NCBI GenBank assembly: GCA_002633005.1
Contig: NMRA01000032.1
Coordinates: forward strand, 600,911-664,910
DNA length: 64,000 nt
Source of the DNA: Phoronis australis
Lineage: Eukaryota; Animalia; Phoronida
Direction: 5' to 3'
Shown: positions 13,713 through 27,114 of the stretch, piece by piece
Numbering within the stretch: position 1 is the stretch's first letter
Layout of the letters: the number at the start of each line of letters is the position of its first letter
The notes under the pieces: generated by a model
The model's input: the letters and a program-made list of their open reading frames with translations, nothing else
Told to the model about the DNA's origin: nothing
Databases searched by the model: none
Program-made: the position numbers and the translations under genes

Positions 13713-14444
13713 NCCTTTTGCGTTTTCTATTAATTAATAGCAAAACATTTTGATTTTAGACAACAGAGGCATTGATTTTTCTCACGCTTTAAAATGTGTT
13801 TTGTCAAATAATTGGTATTTTAAGTCAGATAAGTAAATAGTGATGATTTTTCCTGACGAAGAGTCGACACAGGGCAATCGTCATGGCGGCGGAAAGGTCG
13901 TTACGATGGCTTGGCAGCAAAAATCAAGCACTGGTGCGCATTATTGCAACTCAGGCGAGAAGCGCTTGTTTCGAGATCAAGAATTTTGTTTTTGTTTCTG
14001 TTTGTTGAGAAATCATCGTGTGTGGGTGTTTTCTACTGCTTTATTGTCATTTTTAAAGGAATAGGGGGGAGCGGCGGTGAGGATTTGCTGCTACGTTACG
14101 TAGTGCACTGTTGGTAGCTGGCGCAATTGCCGGGTACTTTGCATCACAATAGAAGAAAAAACACTTTGCAATTTAGAAAAGCTTTTCCTCTAATTCATTT
14201 TCAGAGAGGGCCCTACTGCTGAAATTTGAAGCACCCTCGTGGTCAGGGCACTCGTGGCTGCAGGGCGACGTATCATTTCTTGAACTTACCATTACACGTC
14301 GTATGCAAAAAAAAAACAGCTAAAAATTAGACAACAGGTTATCAATTGTATAAAATGAACAAAAATAAGAATCAAAAACAACCAAAAAAGGTGGTATCAA
14401 GACGTTTTCAAAGACAACGTGGCCGTTATCAAGTTCATGGTTAC

Positions 14445-14680
14445 AAAAACTTATGAATACTATAATGCTGAAAAATTAAATGCACATAAAAACTTTGTAT
14501 ATGACAGCTTCTCTGCGAAATGGTAAAATTTTATTGTTCATGTTAACTTCATGTAGAAGATATTTACTTTAAACGAGATATGAGAATGGTCTTCCTGAGG
14601 TGTGCATGCGTGAATGAATGGTGTACTTATTTGTTTGTTTGTTTTTGTAATTGTTTGTAAATGATAATAAATACATAAAA
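14445..14680 (+). mobile_element. 5'-truncated L1/Tx1-like insertion with 14-bp target-site duplication
   Basis: TSD AAGTTCATGGTTAC at 14431-14444 and 14681-14694; encodes ...YYNAEKLNAHKNFVYDSFSAKW*, then AATAAA and an A-rich tail; the empty site is present at ~11432-11445. Confidence 0.75.
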
Positions 14681-16228
14681 AAGTTCATGGTTACTCAACT
14701 GATGTGCAAGGAAGTCAGGTCATGGAAATAGACGGGAACAGTCGATGATTTTCTGATTGTGAGGCCGAGGTATAGAGCTGTGCTCAAAAGAGATTGTAGT
14801 TTGATAACAGAAAAGAGGAAAACATTATACCATGTTACACTGTACATACCCATGTTCTTTTAGAGAGGCCTGGGACGCGAAAAAAAGACTAAATTGTATT
14901 ACTGAAGGTGGTTCTCTGCCAGTGAAACAGAATTCAACCTGTTCACCAGGTATTTTTACGGTTTGTTCGTTAAGACTTTGAAGTTCTGCTAATGTCAAAG
15001 CATTTTTCATTCAGTTTCAAATTTCCAAACAAGCGATATGTCAACTGCTCGCCACATCGTCGATTTTTTCCCACAAAGCAAAGCACATCTCCTTATCTAG
15101 TATGGCAATACATAGACGTAGCACATTTCCCTTATATGGAAATGAGACCTTTCATATAAAGAAAACAATGGCGAATTCAAGTAGCAGCTAGTCCAATTAA
15201 GAGGCAAAAAATGCAAGTCCCAACTGTTTAAAATTAGTTATAAATGTGCTATGTATCGTAGTATTCAAATATATTCTAAAATGCTCTTGGAATTCTTTTT
15301 GAAAATGGCTTGCCTCGTGTTGTGCTGTCGACCTCAGATTCGGAGTGCGATCACACATATGATAATCTGCCGTTAATATCCATCTTGACACTTAGCTGTT
15401 TGTCAAAAAAGGGTGAACTTTGTGCTTTATTGGAAATTTCCTCACAGGGGAACGTAAATAACTCTGTAGTAGATATTAAGACGTGGTACTTTCGTCAGGA
15501 ATTGTTTGAAATATATTTTTCATTTTCGTTAAAATTTGCTCATTCTTTCAAGTATTTGATCTAGATTAACCTTGTGAGATAAGGCTTTTAAGTAAGCTAT
15601 AGCACCTGTCCGTAACGACTTAAAATTATTATTCCTGTAAACTTTCCAGCAAAGCAAAACAAGGATGTTTGTCTTTTCCACAGAATACGGGCTCAGAAAT
15701 GCAATAAAAGGCAGACACTAGATATGGACTGCCATTAAATTGGACCGCAAGCGAACGCAACAATCGCGTGAATCAGACGTGCAACGTTCGGTGAACTAAT
15801 CAGGTAGGCTTCGACGTATTTCACAAAGTTTGTTCTGTATAACAGACAACTTGTGGATTTCCAAACTCAGCAGAAAAGTGGGACAACGTCGCCAGTTTGT
15901 CCACAACCTCACCTAAGGTCTTTCTTTATAAGTCTGCTCATGGAAAACCAGGGCAAAATCTTACAAGTTTCGAGCATTAATTCGTCTCACTGTGCAGCAC
16001 TAGCTTGGCGCAATGACGTCAAGGACAGTGGGACAAATACCCACGTTCTTTCTCCAATTTGGGACAGTGAAAATTAATTACTTTGGTCAAGGCCGGCCCA
16101 AATTATAGAAATATACCGCCTCAAATTCAAGAATCACTAGAACGACGGCAAAATTAACCTTGTCCGAAATTCTGGAATCGATGTGGTATGCGATGCAGGC
16201 TACGCATGTTACAATATGCCTTTTATAT

Positions 16229-16499
16229 CAGTGGCGGATCTAGGATATCATAAGGGGGCCCAAAATTTTGTCTGCGAGCACCCATCCTGAAAAATAGAGG
16301 ACTAAAAGAAAGAAAAACGGGAAAACGGATGCGCAGGTGGTCTGAGTCAGACACTTGCAATCGGGTCGGACCCCCCTCAGCTGCATGTTAATTACCGGGG
16401 TTAATTAATGAACTCAATATTTCCTCACGCTCTTCCTGTTTTATTTTTTGCGACAGCCAAGGGGGGGGGGCGCCCTCGCCCCCCCCCCAAATCCGCCTA
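16229..16499 (+). repeat. CAGTGGCGGATCTAGG...AATCCGCCTA MITE-like family; pieces also near 12972, 18036, 18875, 45225-45330, 47731, 54530-54650
   Basis: Recurrent termini GGCGGAT(C/T)TAGG / AATCCGCCTA with G/C runs. Confidence 0.6.
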
Positions 16500-18280
16500 C
16501 AGCGTATGTGTATAACACGTCACTAATCAAAAACATCGCCGAAGTTGGTCATACGTGATTTGGTATCGCGATTACAAATCATTCGTTCGTGGAAACAGGC
16601 AAAGCATCCTTGGAGGAACGGAACAAAGTGTACAGCCTCGTACACCTGCGATTGCTATAGATTGTTCCTCTTACAGCGAACTATTTTAAGTCGTGATGAA
16701 AACGTCATAAAATAGCAAAATTGTTTTTACTAGTTTATAACCGATCAACTTACCAAACTTTGTGGTGGAAAGCATATTTATTTCTTCATGTAAGATGTCC
16801 TGATTATCCAAAGAATTGTAATATCCCCGACGATATCGCTCTGTGGCACTGTCGATCCCGACGATCGTAACTTAGAAATGTCAAGTAGCAGCCTGTTTCA
16901 ATGTGCATCTCGCTTTTTTAATCAAAACACAGTAAACGTGAAAATGACATCCGTACAATAGCCCGGAAACACGGCAACGACTCGTCGCAAAATAGTTTTG
17001 AATCGCCAAGAAATTCTCAAGCACTTGTTTCGGGGCTGAGCTCTTACGTCGTCTGTCATTCTACAGAAAATGAAACAATTCCTGTTTTCACATTGGAAAT
17101 TATTTATATGGTAAAATCTTATGAATTTAGGACCCAATATAGAGGACAAGTGAAATCTTACTTATTACTTGTCGGAAATTAGTGAGATTTTATCCCATTA
17201 TGCATAACTTTGACTCAGTATTCATACTCTACTACATTCCCGAATATTTTCAAAAGTGGCATACCAGATTCACATGAGTGCAGGAGAAAATGCTAGCACT
17301 TTCATTGGCTAAAACTCTATTGAAATGATATCCGGCGGAATTTTTAGGATTTGTGACCCTTGGACATTTTGGTCGTCGAAAGGCGTGACTGCCCATAACT
17401 TACTCAAAAGGCATCCGGTTAGGGAAGCTCAGGTGAACTGCAATACATGTATGTTCAAATCATCTTGACAAAATTGTCTCCAGAGTAACAGTATGTGTTG
17501 ATTATAACTCTATGTATATATAAGCATGTTTCTTTCGATGTTTTTCACTATATTCTGACATGAGTAACTTTTCATGGGGGTTACAAACCCATGTGTATGT
17601 CTGCAGCGACACGACAATTTGCTTAACTGTTAGGGAGTGAAGCTAACCTACATGTAGCTCGTCCGAGGCGGTAACGACCCGTCATCTCTTTAAAATGATA
17701 CTAAAACATGTTTTGGGGATTTTAACCAATCCTCGCTGTCACCTGCTGGTGTCCCACTTAAGTATTAGAAGCAGGATTCCAGTAAAAAAATATTCTCTCT
17801 GAGTCACAAATTGGACATTATGTTCTTGGTGGGTGTCATTTCCTTATTGTTATGCCACGCTTGCCCGTTCAGCAGAATTTGTAAGTTTTCAAATTTTGCT
17901 CCAAACTTTTGAAGGTTGTCAAAGGGTTACAGAGAATTACTTTGTTACAGAGAAGTTGTTTTTAATTTCTATAGTAGGCCAAAATTGGGTTTGGTATTCT
18001 TTTAAATCTAGAATTTTTGCTAATTGGTTTAAGGACAGTGGCGGATCTAGGATATCACAAAGGGTGGGGCCCAACATCTTGTCCAGCTGTAAGCAATTGC
18101 GCAAACCACGATTGTACATGCGCATAGCACCGAATGGGGGGAGGTCGGGAGGGGGGTTTGCCCCCCTCCCGCCCAGGAAATTTTTCTGTTTTTTCCTCTA
18201 AAAATCAAGCATTTTCCTTGATTTCTGATGTATTATCCAAGAAAAAAAGGAAAAAAAACATAGGAAAAATTGCATCTTTC

Positions 18281-18337
18281 ACAGACTCGAACTCACGACC
18301 TGGTTGATAGGACGCACGGGCTTTGCCACTACACCAC
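18281..18337 (-). mobile_element. tRNA-like SINE head fragment
   Basis: GTGGTGTAGTGG ... GAGTTCGAGTC; no complete cloverleaf. Confidence 0.45.
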
Positions 18338-19034
18338 CACGAATTCACTAACTTAATGAAGCTCAGTAAGAGACCTACTTGTTTATGGTCCACAGCGTTT
18401 GCGCGCGAAACCTACTTCTTTTTGTTATGTTTATTACACGTTTTATATTTTGTGCAATCGGTTCTTAACAAATTTATTGTATTTAAAATAGTCTTCAAAT
18501 GCCCAAAAGACCAAATCCGTTTTTCGTGTTGGCAATAATGACGGGATTGCTTTGGAAATCGTCTTTAGTTAAGGTTTGATAAAGAGAGAATTAATGAGTT
18601 TCTGAGTGATTCACTAAGGCTTCGATTAAAATTCACATCTTACCAGCAGCTTCTGTTTTTTCATCGTCACTCAGGTTCCATTTTCTTTAAAAATGAAGTA
18701 AATGTTCTCCATTGCACAGTGGAGCAGACGATGGAAACGGGGTCGCAGTGCGCAGCGCCACTGCCGGTCGCCTGGGATATCGCGGGAGAGCTTATACTTA
18801 GCCATAGTTCCGTAACGAATGCGCCGTGTTCCGAATTTGACACTTGAAATTGGATCTGAGCCCCCCCTCCCCCTAAATCCGCCTATGAAGGAACACGATG
18901 TAGTACACACCCGTGTCTCACTCCTGTTGCGAACTTGTCTGTCCAGTACTCGACCAACGAACAAGTTCCCGGCGCATACATTTATAAATGATGCGTTTTA
19001 TTTTAACAGCCCTATCTCCTTGTTTACAGAAAAG

Positions 19035-19583
19035 ATGAACATCCTCAAGTTTTTGACAGTTTTACTGTTAGTCTGCACCGCCATGGAGTTTGCCAACGCT
19101 ATCCCAAGGTAAGGAATTATTCAGTCGCCTCCTTTACTTTTGTATCTATGGGTGTATCGTGCAAAGCAATTTAGTGTTTCAATATTCTACAATTACTTCT
19201 AAAACAACCACTATGAAGTCAAACTTGAATAATCGCAGTACAGAAAATCCCTCAGTGTAATTATCCGTTTTACCGTCAAAGCAAACCGGAACTTGCCTTT
19301 GAGAAGCGCGTGAAAAGTTTTTCTGTAATTTCTCAAGTCAAATGATAACTTTGTTGCAACATCGCAAATGAGCTAAACATTTCTATAGAGAATTCACACA
19401 TCTTAAGTTTCCTTTTTGTCGTCATTCATACGTCGTCTTTTCTTCTTGCATAGACGCCGAGGTCTCGTCGCCCAGACCGACAATGCCGTTCTGACCGAAA
19501 GGGGGATAGCAGCGTCAGACGCGGCGGAAGTGAAGCCGAATGCCAAACGACGTGCCTGTGTAAATGGCGTACGTACAATATGA
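19035..19583 (+). CDS. Orphan secreted prepropeptide; exon 19035-19108 + exon 19454-19568 (or read-through to stop 19583); 3' end unresolved
   Basis: MNILKFLTVLLLVCTAMEFANA (signal peptide with A-x-A site), donor ag|gtaagg, pyrimidine-rich acceptor at 19453; spliced frame IPRRRGLVAQTDNAVLTERGIAASDAAEVKPNAKRRACVNG. Confidence 0.55.
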
Positions 19584-22089
19584 CGTTTCTCTTGCCAATA
19601 CTATTGAACATTACATTCTTCTTAACGCACTCACGTGGCCTTATTGGCTGCCTCAAATAATTGTAGTTAATGTATTGCTGTTATTTTTATGGTTTAAAGA
19701 TAAACGCGACATTGCATTATTGGCTACAAAGCATCTTCAGGTGAGTACAGGTAAAACATCGACTATCGAGATGGAAAGTCAGTTACACTCAGGGTTCGAC
19801 ATAATTGAGTATACGCTCGAAAATGCTAGTAGAAAAAGTTAACTATGAGTAGGAAATGATATTTGTATTATTCGAACAGGAGGGAGCTGACGTCGGGCTT
19901 TTTGGTCGTCTCGCTTGCCGACAAGCACACGTCTGGCTGCACCGTGTCCAGCATTCTACGCCACCTGTTTTGGGAAATCACTCGTCCTCTTAAAACTTGC
20001 CAATTAAATATTAGAATTAACCACGATAAAGCTCTTGCGAGCCTGAAAATCGAGGTGTGAGTGCATACTAGGCTATACTGAGATGTGACCATGGCCAGGA
20101 TTTGCTCGTAAACTGAAACTGCGAGAAAAGAATGTTTCTTTTGAAGGATAAATGTGTTGCGTAGTAAGAGAGGCTCCGGTAGACTTTAAACCCGGCAAGT
20201 GTCAGTTTCAACTTCTCAGCCATATTTAAATGTGCTGAAGAGCTATGTCCGCGGCGACCAGCGCTCCTGTGGACTACAAATTTCGAGTGAGGCGGTCAAA
20301 CATACCAGTAGAAAAAGTAAAGATACGAGTAGAAAATTGGTCTCACTCTAACGGTACACGGCGATTGATGTCTTGTGTTTTTTTTAAATACGCTTGCAGA
20401 ATACGTCATCCTTGTCACCCGTAATCGAGCGGGTATTTTCGCCTGTGTTGAGTGCTATCAGCGCTTTCATTTTAGGACTTTTCGGGTCAGTTTTCTGCAG
20501 CAGCTCCTAATGGCCATCTTGTCTGGTTGTCTTGTTGTCCAGCTGTCGGCTCAATATCTCAAAAAACCCTGGTCACATGTTGATCAAATGATTTGTCACA
20601 CGGTCTATACCATTTTTAGAGCGGAGCATCATTCTGCCCCCTGTTCGGAGTCAGGGGTGGAGCTTTTCAGTATTATGTGGGGAAGAGCATTTCAGGGTGA
20701 TAACTAGAAAAGCGACTGATGAATTTCAAAGTTTGATTCTGAGGTATCTGACGGCAATGTGCTGTGTCGATTTTAAGTGTATTTAACTACTGCCGAACCC
20801 CCTAGTGTCCGTTCTATTTTGGAGAAGACGGCAGTTACTAGATTTGAGCAGATTCCAACAAGTGCAGTGCCCCATTACACTGTATGTCATTTTTGTCTGT
20901 CTTTTTATCTACTTTAACCCCGTGATTGTTCTTTATAAAAAGAAGTAGACTAGACCTGTTACTTTTTGGATGCATGATTGTTCCTTTGTGGTATGTATTT
21001 TGTTGTAATTGCTAATCTTGAAAACTGTTTCGTTTTGAAATTGTCTTTCTGATTTGATATTAGTTCTAAAAGGTGAGGCACCACCACCTTTTATCAAGTG
21101 TGACAATTAAAGCTACTTTTTATGGTTGAACTGTTGTCTCCTGGAACTGATGAGCATAAATGTATGTAGTCTGATGTTATTTGTACTGCACTAAGGCCAT
21201 GTCATTGCTTCGCGTTGCTCGTGTAGTGTTTCGTACTTATGAACTCGAGTTAGGCTATGTTCATGATTTTCTGCTGAAGTAGCATACACTGTTATACGGA
21301 CGAGGAACTTGATAATGCAGAAATATGAGATACTTGAGTTCAAGTTCGAATCTCAACCTTGTGTTTTGGTCATGAAGTTCACTGAGAATGTTAATGTACT
21401 CCTCTGCAAAATCAAGAAAAACCTGATCTTGGGTTCACACTTAACAGGAAACGTTGGAGTTCAAATTTGAAATGAGAGATTGGACTTCTGGGTCCAGGAT
21501 CTAATCTCAGAACTCAGTCACTAATGAAACTCTGAGTTGATCTCTAACAAATCACACTGCATTCAAATAAAACACTGTAAGGTCCTCGCAGCGTGACATG
21601 GTCGAGTTTCGAGTACAAAGATTAGACCACGTGTTTTGCACCAAACGTAGGCCTAACTCTCACGAGTCAATACAGAGTTGACCAATTATATGGCACGTTT
21701 CTAGGAGGTTTGATACGTATTTGCTCCGTCGTGCTTCTTAATCACTTGTGTTAATCGTAATAGGTGGTTAATTTTGTTTGTTTTCAGTATTGGTGTATAT
21801 AACCAACCTCCGATTCGCCGCCGCCGCCGCCGCCGCCTCCGCCGCCGCTGCCGCGAGTTACAATAATTCAAGTCATTAGTGTGTGTTTAAACGTTGGATT
21901 GCAAAAATAAATGGGTTTTCAGAAAGTCACCTCTCGTTGTTTATTTGCGTTCTTAAACAGTCATGTCATGTGCACATATAAGCTATTTAGTATGTGAACT
22001 TTATAACAAATTTCTAATATTTACTAAATAATTCACTATTTGTATCAAGCGTATTCACTGGCACATGCAAAAATTTAGACTTCATGACC

Positions 22090-22297
22090 GTACCCAGCCT
22101 AAAATATAGGGGCGCTCGAATTTTGCGGTAAGTGGACCTTTTCCTGAAGAAAACGGGGTACTAGGTTCAGACCTGCGAATCGAACACTCGTGCCCGATTC
22201 CTACATTTGTCTCGTTTTCTCGGACTTTTTGGTTCTCTGAGGTGAACCTTTTTTCCCACTTCACCAAATGGGGGACTCTCGAATGAGCCCCCCCCCC
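22090..22297 (+). repeat. Dispersed ~200-bp repeat family; other copies ~3370-3510, 25520-25750, 34435-34695, 42645-42860 (inverted), 54375-54440
   Basis: Shared CAGCCTAAAAT..GGGG.CTCGAATTTT...GTGGACCTTTT...CCCACTTC(A/G)CCAAATGGGGG motifs. Confidence 0.75.
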
Positions 22298-22298
22298 N

Positions 22299-22465
22299 TT
22301 TACGTTTTAAAGATAAATAGTTAATGTGTCGCTGTTATTTTTACGTTTTAAAGATAAATAGTTAATGTGTCGCTGTTATTTTTACGTTTTAAAGATAAAT
22401 AGTTAATGTGTCGCTGTTATTTTTACGTTTTAAAGATAAATAGTTAATGTGTTGCTGTTATTTTT
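22299..22465 (+). repeat. 42-bp tandem repeat, ~4 units
   Basis: TTTACGTTTTAAAGATAAATAGTTAATGTGTCGCTGTTATTT repeated; one unit at ~19664-19705. Confidence 0.9.
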
Positions 22466-25400
22466 GTTTTAAAGGTAAACGCGGCATTGCATTATTGGCC
22501 ACAAGGCTTCTACGGGTGAGTGCAGATAAAACATCGAGTATCTAGATGGAAAGTCAGTTACACTCAGGGCTCTACATAATTGAGTATACCCTCGAAAATA
22601 CTAGTAAAAAAAGTTAACTATGAGTAGGAAATGATATTCGTATTATTCGAACAGGAGGGAGCAGACGTCGGGCTTTTTGGTCGTCTCGCTAGCCGACAAG
22701 CACACGTCCGCCTGCACCGTGTCCAGCGTTCTACGCGACCTGTTTTTGGTAGTCTCTCGTCCTCTTAAAACTTGCCAATTAAATATTAGAATACGATAAA
22801 ACTCTTGCGAGCCTGAAAATCGAGGTGTGGGTGCATACTAGGCTGCTGAATCAGGGAGTCGGTTTAGTCGTGTATGGTCCGTGAAATTGAAGTACACATA
22901 CTCGAACTTTCAAGGATTTCCCGTTACCGTAAGAATAGACGACGAGAAAGTTAAACTGGCGTCCTCTAACCGATACGTGTATTTGAGGACTGAAATAAGT
23001 ACGCAGTTTGAAACAGGAGAAAGTAGCCTATCCGTTGAAATTCCAGGACTGACCTGTCGTACGAATATCATCAAACTAGTTGAAGATGCAAACTCCCTCC
23101 ATTTGTTCGTGCCTTTCAAAATTTTGCAACTCGAACAATTGAAAAACTTCTCGTCAAAAACCTTCCATGAGACATTGTATGCACATGCTGAATGACTTGT
23201 TTTGATGCCACCTACCTACAGACTGATGTAGTGCAACTTTAACATAAAAGAATCTTGTGATTAATGTTACTTTTTCAATTACTCATTTTGCATGAAATAA
23301 AGAGAGTCGATGAACTTCGACTTTGAACGGAATTACATTATTGGGTTATTCGAGTTTGCTGCTTTGGCATGGATTGGGTACCCTGGATGTGGAAAAAATA
23401 GGTCAGCCAAATTTATCATTTACTACGCCAACACTAACGTGTATTAATTACTACACAGTCGCCAGCCGACTAAAGCGACGTCTTTGGTGAAAACGTGCTT
23501 GAGATGTGACCATGGCCAGGATTTGCTTATAAACTGAAACTTCGAGAAAAGAATGTTTCTTTTAAAGGATAAATGTGTTGCGTAGTAAGAGAGGCTCTGG
23601 TAGACTTAAAACCTGGTAAGTATCAATTTCAACTTCTCAGCCATATTTAAATGTGGTGAAGAGCTATGTCCGCGGCTACCAGCGCTCCTGTGGACTATAA
23701 ATTTCGAATGAGGCGGTCAAAAATACAAGTAGAAAAAGTAAAGATACGAGTAGAAAATTGGTCTCACTCTTACGGTACACGGCGATCGATGTCCTGTGTT
23801 TTTTGTTGTTTTTTTTTTTGAAATACGCTTGCAGAATACGTCATCCTTGTCACCCGTAATCAAGCGGACATTTTCGCCTGTGTTGAGTGCTATCAGCGCT
23901 TTCATTTTAGGACTTTTCGGGTCAATTTTCTGCAGCAGCTCCTGATGGTCATCTTGTCTGGTTGTCTTGTTGTCCAACTGTCGGCTCAATATCTCAAAAA
24001 CCCCTGGTCGCATGTTGATCAAATGATTTGTCACAGGGTCTATACCATCATTAGAGCGGCGCATCATTCTGCCCCTGTTCGGGGCCAGGGGTGGAGCTCT
24101 TCAGTATTATTTGGGGAAGAGCATTTCAGAGTGATATCTAGAAAAGCGACTGATGAATTTCAATGAAAGTTTGATTCTGAGGTATCTGACGACAATGTGC
24201 TGTCGATTTTAAGTGTATTTAACTACTGCCGAACCCCCTAGTGTCCGTTCTATTTTGGAGAAGACGGCAGTTACCAGATTTGAGCAGATTCCAACAAGTG
24301 CAGTGTCCCATTACACTGTACGTCATTTTTGTCTGTCTTTTTATCTACCTTAACCCCGTGATTGTTCTTTATAAAAAGAAGTAGATTAGACCTGTTACTT
24401 TTTGGATGCATGATTGTTCCTTTGTAGTATGTATTTTGTTGTAATTGCTAATCTTGAAAACTGTTTCGTTTTGAAATTGTTTTTCTGATTTGCTATTCGT
24501 TCAAAAGGTGAGGCACCATCAACTTTTATCAAATGTGACAATTAAAGCTACTTTTTATGGTTGAACTGTTGTCTCCTGGAACTGATGAGCATATGTAGTC
24601 TGATGTTATTTGTACTGCACTAAGGCCATGTCATTGCTTCGCGTTGCTCGTGTCTGTTTCGTACTTATGAACTCGAGGTAGGCCATGTTAATGATTTTCT
24701 GCTGAAGTAGCATACATTGTTATACGGACGAGGAACTTGATAATGCAGAAATATGAGATACTTGAGTTCAAGTTCGAATCTCTACCTTGTGTTTTGGGTC
24801 ATGAAGTTCACTGAGAATGTTAATGTACTCCTCTGCAAAATCAAGAAAAACCTGACATTGGGTTCACACTTAACAGGAAACGTAGGAGTTCGAATTTGAA
24901 ATGAGAGATTGGACTTCTGGATCCAGGATCTAATCTCAAAACTCAGTCACTAATGAAACTCTGAGTTAATCTCTAACAAATCACACTGCATTCAAGTAAA
25001 ACATTGTAAGGTCCTCGCAACGTGACATGCAATTGGTCGACTTTCGAGTACAAAGATTAGACCATGTGTCTTGCACCAAACGTAGGCCTAACTCTCACGA
25101 CTCAATACAGAGTTGACCAATTATATGGCACGTTTCTAGGAGGTTTGCCACTAATTTGCTCCGTCGTGCTTCTTAATCACTTGTGTTAATCGTAATAGGT
25201 GGTTAATTTTGTTTGTTTTCAGTATTGGTTACCGATCCGTCGCTGCCGCCGCCGCTGCCGCAAGTTCCAATAATTAATGTCATTAGTGTGTGTTTAAACG
25301 TTGGATTGCAAAAATAAATGGGTTTTCAGAAAGTTACCTCTCGTTGTTTATTTGCGTTCTTAAACAGTAACGTTGCCAAAATCACAAAAAGTTAAATATC

Positions 25401-27114
25401 ATGTCATGTGCACATATAACCTATTTAGTATTTGAACTTTATAACAAATTTCTAATATTTACTAAATAATTCACTATTTATATCAAGCGTATTCACTGAC
25501 ACATGCAAAATGTTAGACTTCATGACCGCACCCAGCCTAAAATATAGAGGGGCTCGAATTTTCCGGTAAGTGGACCTTTTCCTGAAAAAAACGGGGCACT
25601 AGGTTCAGACCTGAGAATTGAGCACTCGCGCCGGATTCCTGTGTACTTTAGTCTCGTTTTCTCAGACTTTTTGGTTCTTTGAGGCGGACCTTTTTGCCCA
25701 CTTCACCAATTGGGGGACTCGAATGAGCCCCCCCCCCCCGAGTGCGCGTATGGACTTGGTATATAACGCGCAGTGGTCGGCGAGAAAAGTAACTTTCCAA
25801 GAATAGCCCTACTCGATAAACGCCAGACCATTTTTAACGTATTTTAAAATCTATATCATCCAACAACAATTCCCAAAAATGCAATTTCTGGCAGTTAAAT
25901 TGGTATTGTCAGTTTCATTTTTCATCATTCAATATATTCATGAGTATGATCTTGTAAACCTCCTGAGCCTTCACAATTTCTCAATTGTCTTTGGCTAAAG
26001 AGACAGCATACACCATCACCTCTTGCTAAATAATTCTGTATTTGGGGAGCATAAAAATCTGCCCTTTTGCAAAAAAATCAATTTAAAATGAGAGGATTTT
26101 ACAAAAATGTTCAACAGAGGAAAAATAAAGTTGCCCATCCCCCCAGACATGTGGTCACAGGGTGAAAAGATTGGGGATAAGGTCCACGCCTAGTTAACTT
26201 AGACCCCAGGATTCACACTCTGACGTGAGTGATATCGTGAATCTAGAGGGTCCGTGGACGAGACACAGCCGATTCGGTAGTTTCAAGCAGTGGTCGTTAT
26301 GTTACCTGCTGATGCACCACTGGCGTCTTAACTGAGTGCAACTAAATTTGAGCCACAGAATGGATGTTATGGTAATTGGCGGATGGTCTTTACATACTCG
26401 CCTGAAGCCACACGTTCTAAGGAGTTTTCACTAAGTTTTGCACAGAGTTGCTCGTTTTAACACTCACCATTGTCTTTGAAAAAGCGTTCCTCAAACATCC
26501 ACTAGATCCTGCAATTTTATGAGTCATTTCGGTGCATAAGTTATCTTCTGAAACGGTAAAAATACGTGCACTCGCAAATGCATGCAATGACGTCACGGGC
26601 AACAATAACGTTGAGCCGTTGTGCCAGGACCTTGAGAAATCTTTCTCCCTTTAAAGCGTTAGATTCATTTAACCTCGTTGATATGTAATATTTTCATTGC
26701 AGAAAATTTAAGATTTTGGAAACGCAGCCGTCCCAGACGGGAGAAATACTCTTGTGTTGCCAGTGCCGAAAGAAACTGATTGGACAAAATAGTGTTCACG
26801 TGTAAAAAAACAAGAAGGTGGTTATCGTTCTCCTAAACTACCGAGTCTCTGTTTTGCATCGCGTCCCTAGCTGCTAAGTTCTCCTTTTTTCTGTTTGGTG
26901 TTAGCGCAATTACACTGTAGTCTAGACTGCAATGAAAAATATTTTCGAGAGGAAGGAAATCTCGAGATTGAATACGACCCGGACCCTCAGACTCGTACAA
27001 GTTGTGTCGGTTGTAAAACCACGACGCTGAAAAACATTGGATAGGAACTAGAGTTGTGCTAAACGGGTGTATTTGTACGGAATAGGATACTTGATAAATC
27101 AGTCAAAATTAGAG

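Larger units (their letters stand above)
10699..16369 (+). repeat. Gap-flanking duplication A: 10699-13114 vs 13714-16369
   Basis: Collinear near-identical copies either side of N13713. Confidence 0.9.
19664..25739 (+). repeat. Gap-flanking duplication B: 19664-22297 vs ~22441-25739
   Basis: Collinear copies either side of N22298; the second has a ~650-bp insert at 22845-23499. Confidence 0.9.

Noticed and set aside
19454-19568. Alternative Cys-rich frame (...SEAECQTTCLCKW) of the peptide exon
   Set aside because: Not in phase with the signal-peptide exon using the good acceptor; it would need a weak GAG acceptor or an unseen exon.
22299-22465. CRISPR-like array
   Set aside because: Contiguous identical units without spacers, in a eukaryotic context with no cas genes.
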